A stretch of DNA of 64,000 bases from an uncultured delta proteobacterium (GTDB taxonomy: Bacteria; Desulfobacterota; RBG-13-43-22), in NCBI GenBank assembly GCA_963802945.1, contig CAWDKY010000029.1, forward strand, positions 128,001 through 192,000, read 5' to 3'. Both the position numbers and the translations under genes were made by a program. Under the pieces are notes generated by a model. The model ran no database searches. It was not told the DNA's origin and was given only the letters and a program-made list of their open reading frames with translations. Below, in pieces: positions 59,566-64,000 of this stretch. Position 1 is the first letter of the stretch, and each line of letters starts with the position of its first letter.

Positions 59566-60400
59566 TCAAATCAATTTTAAATTCTTCTGACAGGAAGGAC
59601 AATAATGGGTGCCGCGACCGGCCACCCTTATTTTTTGAATCGGAGACCGGCAGGAAGGGCAGGGCAGTCCGGTTCGGCCGTACACTTGATGATAATTTTG
59701 AAATCCTCCGGTCATTCCATCCGGTCTCCGATAATTTCTTAGAGTGGATCCTTGCTTTGAAATGGCCTGGGATAAGATTTTTTTAATAATCCGATGGAGG
59801 TTTTTAATCTGGGCTAAAGATAAGGACCCCGATTTGCTCAGGGGATGGATTTTGGCCTTAAATAAGGACTCGTCCACATAAATATTACCCAATCCACTGA
59901 TCAAAGACTGATCCAGGAGAAGGGATTTGATGGATTTTTTCCTCGAAAGGACGATCCGGGCAAATTGATTGGAGGATATTTCAAAGGGGTCAGGACCCAG
60001 GCGGCTGAGATAGAGGAGACAAGCTCTGGAATCGGCTTGAAATACATTAAAAAAGCCGAATTTTCTTATGTCCCGATAGCGCATTTGAAAATCCACATGA
60101 ATCAAAATGAAAAATAACCTGGGTGTGCCGGTCGACAGGGGTTGAATGGGGTTCAATCAATACCTGTCCGGTCATTTTGAGGTGGAGGATCATGGTCCAA
60201 CCGGGCTCAAGATCGATGAGGATCAACTTGCCTTTACGCCTTATTTCTCGTATGATGGCTCCGGTTAATGTTTGAACAAAAGCTTTTTTGGAACATCGAA
60301 GAATTTTGGGATTGAGAACCTGAACCGATCGAATTTTTTGGCCGATCAGGCTCAGACGAAGACGTCGAACAATGGTTTCAACTTCCGGCAGTTCGGGCAT
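59566..60400 (-). CDS. mutM: Formamidopyrimidine-DNA glycosylase (one +1 frameshift ~60090)
   Basis: MPELPEVET, HLKMTG, D.RKFG, LLDQ..ISGLGNIYVDE, C-terminal zinc finger. Confidence 0.92.
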
Positions 60401-60409
60401 AGTTTTGAT

Positions 60410-61298
60410 TCAGCCTTCAGAATTCGGGGGTCGGAGAGGGTCTTGTTGAGGTCGATAACGGGTGATAAACCATTTCAGTTGGCGGCAGACACCGCGGATC
60501 ATGCGGACTTCATTGGAATAGAGGCCTATCCGGGAAAAAAAGCGGCGCAGGCTCATCATCCAGAGTTCAGGATTTTGTTTGTCCAAAAAGTCCATCATCT
60601 GAAGGGCTTCCGATAGGTGCCGGTACATCCCTTCCAGCTCAAAGGAAGAGGCCAAGGTATTTCGGATTTCGGATTTCGGATTTCGGATTGCGGAATTTGA
60701 GGAATCGAAAGACGAGGGTTCAAAGGTTTGGGGTGACAGGAAGGTTGGATTTTTCATCATTCCGCAATCCGCCAATCCGACAATCCGAAATGGTTCATGC
60801 TGGTGGGCTAAAAAAATTTCATAACTCATGAATCAAAACAGCCTGAGCCAGATTAAGGGAACCGGCTGAAGCTGTGGGGATGTGGACCGTACTATGGCAG
60901 AATCGCAGTTCTTCGTTACTGAGTCCCCGGTTTTCAGGGCCGAAGAGGACGGCAATACGATTCTGACGGCCCAGGGATCGAATTTTTTCGGCTGCCTGGG
61001 CTGGGTCGATAACCTCTTTCCGTTGGCCCCCCAAACGGGCCGTGGTTCCCACGATGTAGTTAAAAGGGGCCAGGGCCTCGGCCAGTGAGGCATAGGTTTC
61101 CATTTTTTCCAGGAGCCCTCGGGCCACATGCGTGGAAAGTTTGGTCATTCGCTCCCAGTCGGTATCCTCGGGGTTGACCAGAATGATATGGGACAAGCCC
61201 ATATTCCAGGCTGCACGGGCCGAGGCCCCGATATTTTCCGCAAACCGGGGTTGATGGAGGACCAGGGTGATGTGGTCGAATAGAGCGTTTTCAGGCAT
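60410..61298 (-). CDS. trmJ: TrmJ/LasT SPOUT RNA methyltransferase (one +1 frameshift ~60830; in-frame repeat insertion)
   Basis: ENIGASARA, VGTTAR, LFGPENRGLSNEEL, SLNLAQAV, then SYEIF...EVRMIRGVCRQ. Confidence 0.88.
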
Positions 61299-61341
61299 GG
61301 GAGTTTTTTTTCAAAAAGAATTCAGAATCCAGAAGTCAGTG

Positions 61342-61477
61342 TAGTGTCTCAATAACAGATTTACAATAGTCTTAAGCTGTCATTCCTGCGAAAGCAGGAA
61401 TCCAGGTTGAAAATACTGGATTCCGGATCAAGTCGGGAATGACAACGTTGTAAAGCGAATACTGTAACAGTACACTA
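61342..61477. mobile_element. MITE-like element (TAGTGT...ACACTA ends) carrying a REP-like double hairpin, nested in an agaattc heptamer palindrome
   Basis: Terminal inverted ends and inner gtcattcctgcgaaagcaggaatccag...ctggattccggatcaagtcgggaatgac. Confidence 0.55.
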
Positions 61478-61515
61478 ACAGTCAGAATTCAGAATAAGAA
61501 AAAACAAAAAAATTT

Positions 61516-63767
61516 ATGTTGATTCTGGATTCTGAATTCCATATTTTTTCTTATCACAAAACTGAGACCAACACAATCAGCCATTATGGTTTAAACGCAC
61601 GAATTATTTTACTCTTGATCGGCTTGGTTTTCATGCTTTTCGTGGCCGGATGCACGAAAGGAACCTGGAACAACCCCTATCCGCTTCAGGAACGGGGCCG
61701 TAATATTCTCTACTCGGCTTTTTCCGAGCGCCCCAAACATCTCGACCCGGTACAGTCTTACAGCGAGGATGAGGCGGCCTTCAATGCCCAGATCTACGAG
61801 CCTCCTTTGCAGTACCACTTTTTTAAACGGCCCTATACCCTGGTTCCAGCTACCGCCGAAGAAGTTCCACGTCCCCAATTATTTGATGCCGCCGGGCATC
61901 GACTCCCGGATGATGCCGAAGCGGGTAGGGTGGCTTACAGTCTGTACGAGATCAGAATTCGCCCCGGGATCCGTTTTCAACCTCATCCCGCTTTTGCCCG
62001 GGATGCAGCCGGCAATCTGCTTTATCACCATCTGAAGCCCGTTGACCTGAATCCTATCCATACCCTCTCGGACTTCAAATATCAGGGCACCCGCGAACTG
62101 ATGGCCGCTGATTATGTTTACCAGATCAAGCGGCTCGCTCACCCGAGACTGCAATCCCCGATCTTCGGTCTCATGAGTGATTACATCGTGGGACTCAAGG
62201 CCTATGCCGCCCTGCTTAGAAAAGCCAATCAAGAGCTGTTAAAGGCCGGGAAAGGCAATGCCTATCTGGATCTTGACCGGTTTTCTCTGGAAGGGGCAAC
62301 GGTTGTGGATCGATACACCTACCGGGTGAAACTCAAGGGAAAATATCCCCAGTTCGTTTACTGGCTGACCATGCCTTTTTTCGCCCCGGTTCCTCAAGAA
62401 GTGGACCGCTTCTTTTCCCAACCGGGCATGGCGGAAAAAAATTTGACTTTGGATTGGTACCCGGTGGGCACCGGTCCCTATATGCTGACCAAGAATAACC
62501 CCAACCGGCAGATGGTTCTGGAACGTAATCCCTATTTCCACGAAGAGGCCTATCCTTCCGAAGGAGAACAAGGGGACCAAGAGGCGGGGCTTCTGACTGA
62601 TGCGGGCCAGCCTTTGCCCTTTATCGACAAAGCGGTATTCAGTTTGGAGAAGGAAGGAATCCCTTACTGGAACAAGTTCCTGCAAGGTTATTACGACGCT
62701 TCCGGGATCAGTTCCGACAGCTTTGACCAGGCGATCCAGATCTCCAGCACCGGGGATATCGCCCTTACCGATAAAATGAAGGAAAAAGGGATACACCTTT
62801 CCACCTCGGTGGCCCCTACCTACCTTCTATATGGGATTCAATATGTTGGATCCGGTGGTCGGAGGGCATTCGGAGCGGGCCCGCAAATTGCGTCTGGCTA
62901 TTTCCATTGCGGTGGATTATGAGGAGTACATCAGCATCTTCGCCAACGGCCGCGGTATTGCGGCCCAGGGCCCGATTCCGCCGGACATTTTCGGCAACAG
63001 GTCTGGTAAGGATGGGATCAATCCCTATGTGTATGACTGGGTAAACGGCCACCCTAAGCGTAAATCCATAGAGGCGGCTAAAAAATTGTTGGCCGAGGCC
63101 GGTTATCCGGATGGGATCGATAAGGAAAACGGTAAGCCTTTGGTGCTTAACTTCGATGTCACCGCCCACGGCCCTGACGACAAGGCGCACCTTGATTGGT
63201 ATCGAAAACAGTTCAGCAAACTCAATCTTCAACTGGTGGTCCGGGCTACGGATTACAACCGATTTCAGGACAAAATCCGAAAGGGTAATGCCCAGATCTT
63301 CAACTGGGGATGGAACGCCGATTATCCTGACCCAGAGAATTTCCTTTTCCTACTGCATGGACCCCAGAGTCATGTCAAAAGCCAGGGAGAAAACTCGGCC
63401 AATTACGCTAACCCTGAGTACGACCGGCTGTATGAGAAAATGAAAAACATGGAATAACGGGCCGAGTCGCCAGGCTATCATCGATCAGATGATCGAAATT
63501 GCCCGCCATGACGCCCCGTGGCTGTGGGGCTTTCACCCCAAGGAATACCGACTTTATCATTCTTGGATGCTCAACCAGAAACCGAATAAGATGGCGCGCA
63601 ACGGGCTTAAGTACCAGCGCATCGATGCGGGGATGCGGGAACAGAAACGGGCCGAATGGAACCGGCCGGTGCTCTGGCCGATGTTTCTGGTCCTGGCCGT
63701 GTTGGTGGTCACTGCCCTGCCGGCGGTTATTGCCTTTCGTCGCCGGGAAAGGAAATCGGCCCTCTGA
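61516..63767 (+). CDS. Peptide/nickel ABC transporter substrate-binding lipoprotein (family 5), two +1 frameshifts (~62822, ~63454)
   Basis: FVAGC lipobox, PKHLDP, PVGTGPY, LRLAISIAVD, GWNADYPDPENF; true start uncertain. Confidence 0.85.
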
Positions 63768-64000
63768 TGCTGAACTATATCATCCGACGTGTACTCTATG
63801 CCCTTCCGATCCTGATCGGGGTCAATATCATCACCTTCAGTCTGTTTTTTGTGGTCAATACCCCGGATGACATGGCCCGCATCCATTTGGGGGTGAAGCG
63901 GGTGACGCCGGAAGCCGTTGCCAAATGGAAACAGGAGCGGGGTTACGACAAGCCGCTTTTGTTCAGTGCTTCCGCTCCGGGTACGGCCAAGGTGACCGAT
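63767..64000 (+). CDS. Peptide ABC transporter permease (partial)
   Basis: MLNYIIRRVLYALPILIGVNIITFSLFF; start overlaps the upstream stop. Confidence 0.85.
   Translation, partial: MLNYIIRRVLYALPILIGVNIITFSLFFVVNTPDDMARIHLGVKRVTPEAVAKWKQERGYDKPLLFSASAPGTAKVTD

Noticed and set aside
63455-63457. Stop-codon readthrough in the ABC substrate-binding gene
   Set aside because: The downstream coding sequence is in a different frame (NGPSRQAIIDQMIE), so it is a frameshift rather than readthrough.
1-64000. CRISPR array or rRNA
   Set aside because: No regularly spaced repeat-spacer array, cas genes or rRNA-like sequence seen.

Overview
64 kb from an anaerobic bacterium, most likely Desulfobacterota (inferred from gene content and repeat style). 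All family assignments are from motif recognition; no database searches were run. (1) 1-26 kb: a large three-operon type II FAS/PKS-like lipid cluster. It has 5 active ketosynthases, 2 Cys-less chain-length-factor-like proteins, 3 ACPs, several dehydratases, 2 thioesterases, FabG, a CrtI-like FAD oxidoreductase, GT2, 4 radical SAM enzymes (2 B12-binding) and an ABC exporter, resembling aryl-polyene and ladderane-candidate clusters, with some genuinely decayed genes. (2) 26-32 kb: mixed genes, tRNA-Lys(CTT), trpB2 and DUF721. (3) 32-44.5 kb: an accessory region with an RT-deleted group II intron, attC-like repeats, an rpoZ-moaC chimera, and RRM and Csp genes with leader terminators. (4) 44.7-56.0 kb: an ~11.4 kb island bracketed by a ~140 bp direct repeat that duplicates the 3' end of a tRNA methyltransferase gene. 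It carries a NuoEF + Mo-ligand-less NuoG/FdhF-like module, NfnAB, and a DRTGG/RsbT/[FeFe]-sensor module, but no catalytic hydrogenase or formate dehydrogenase. (5) 56-64 kb: core genes (trmN6, DUF1015, HU, mutM, trmJ, peptide ABC transporter). About nine +1 frameshifts in otherwise intact genes are probably long-read assembly errors.
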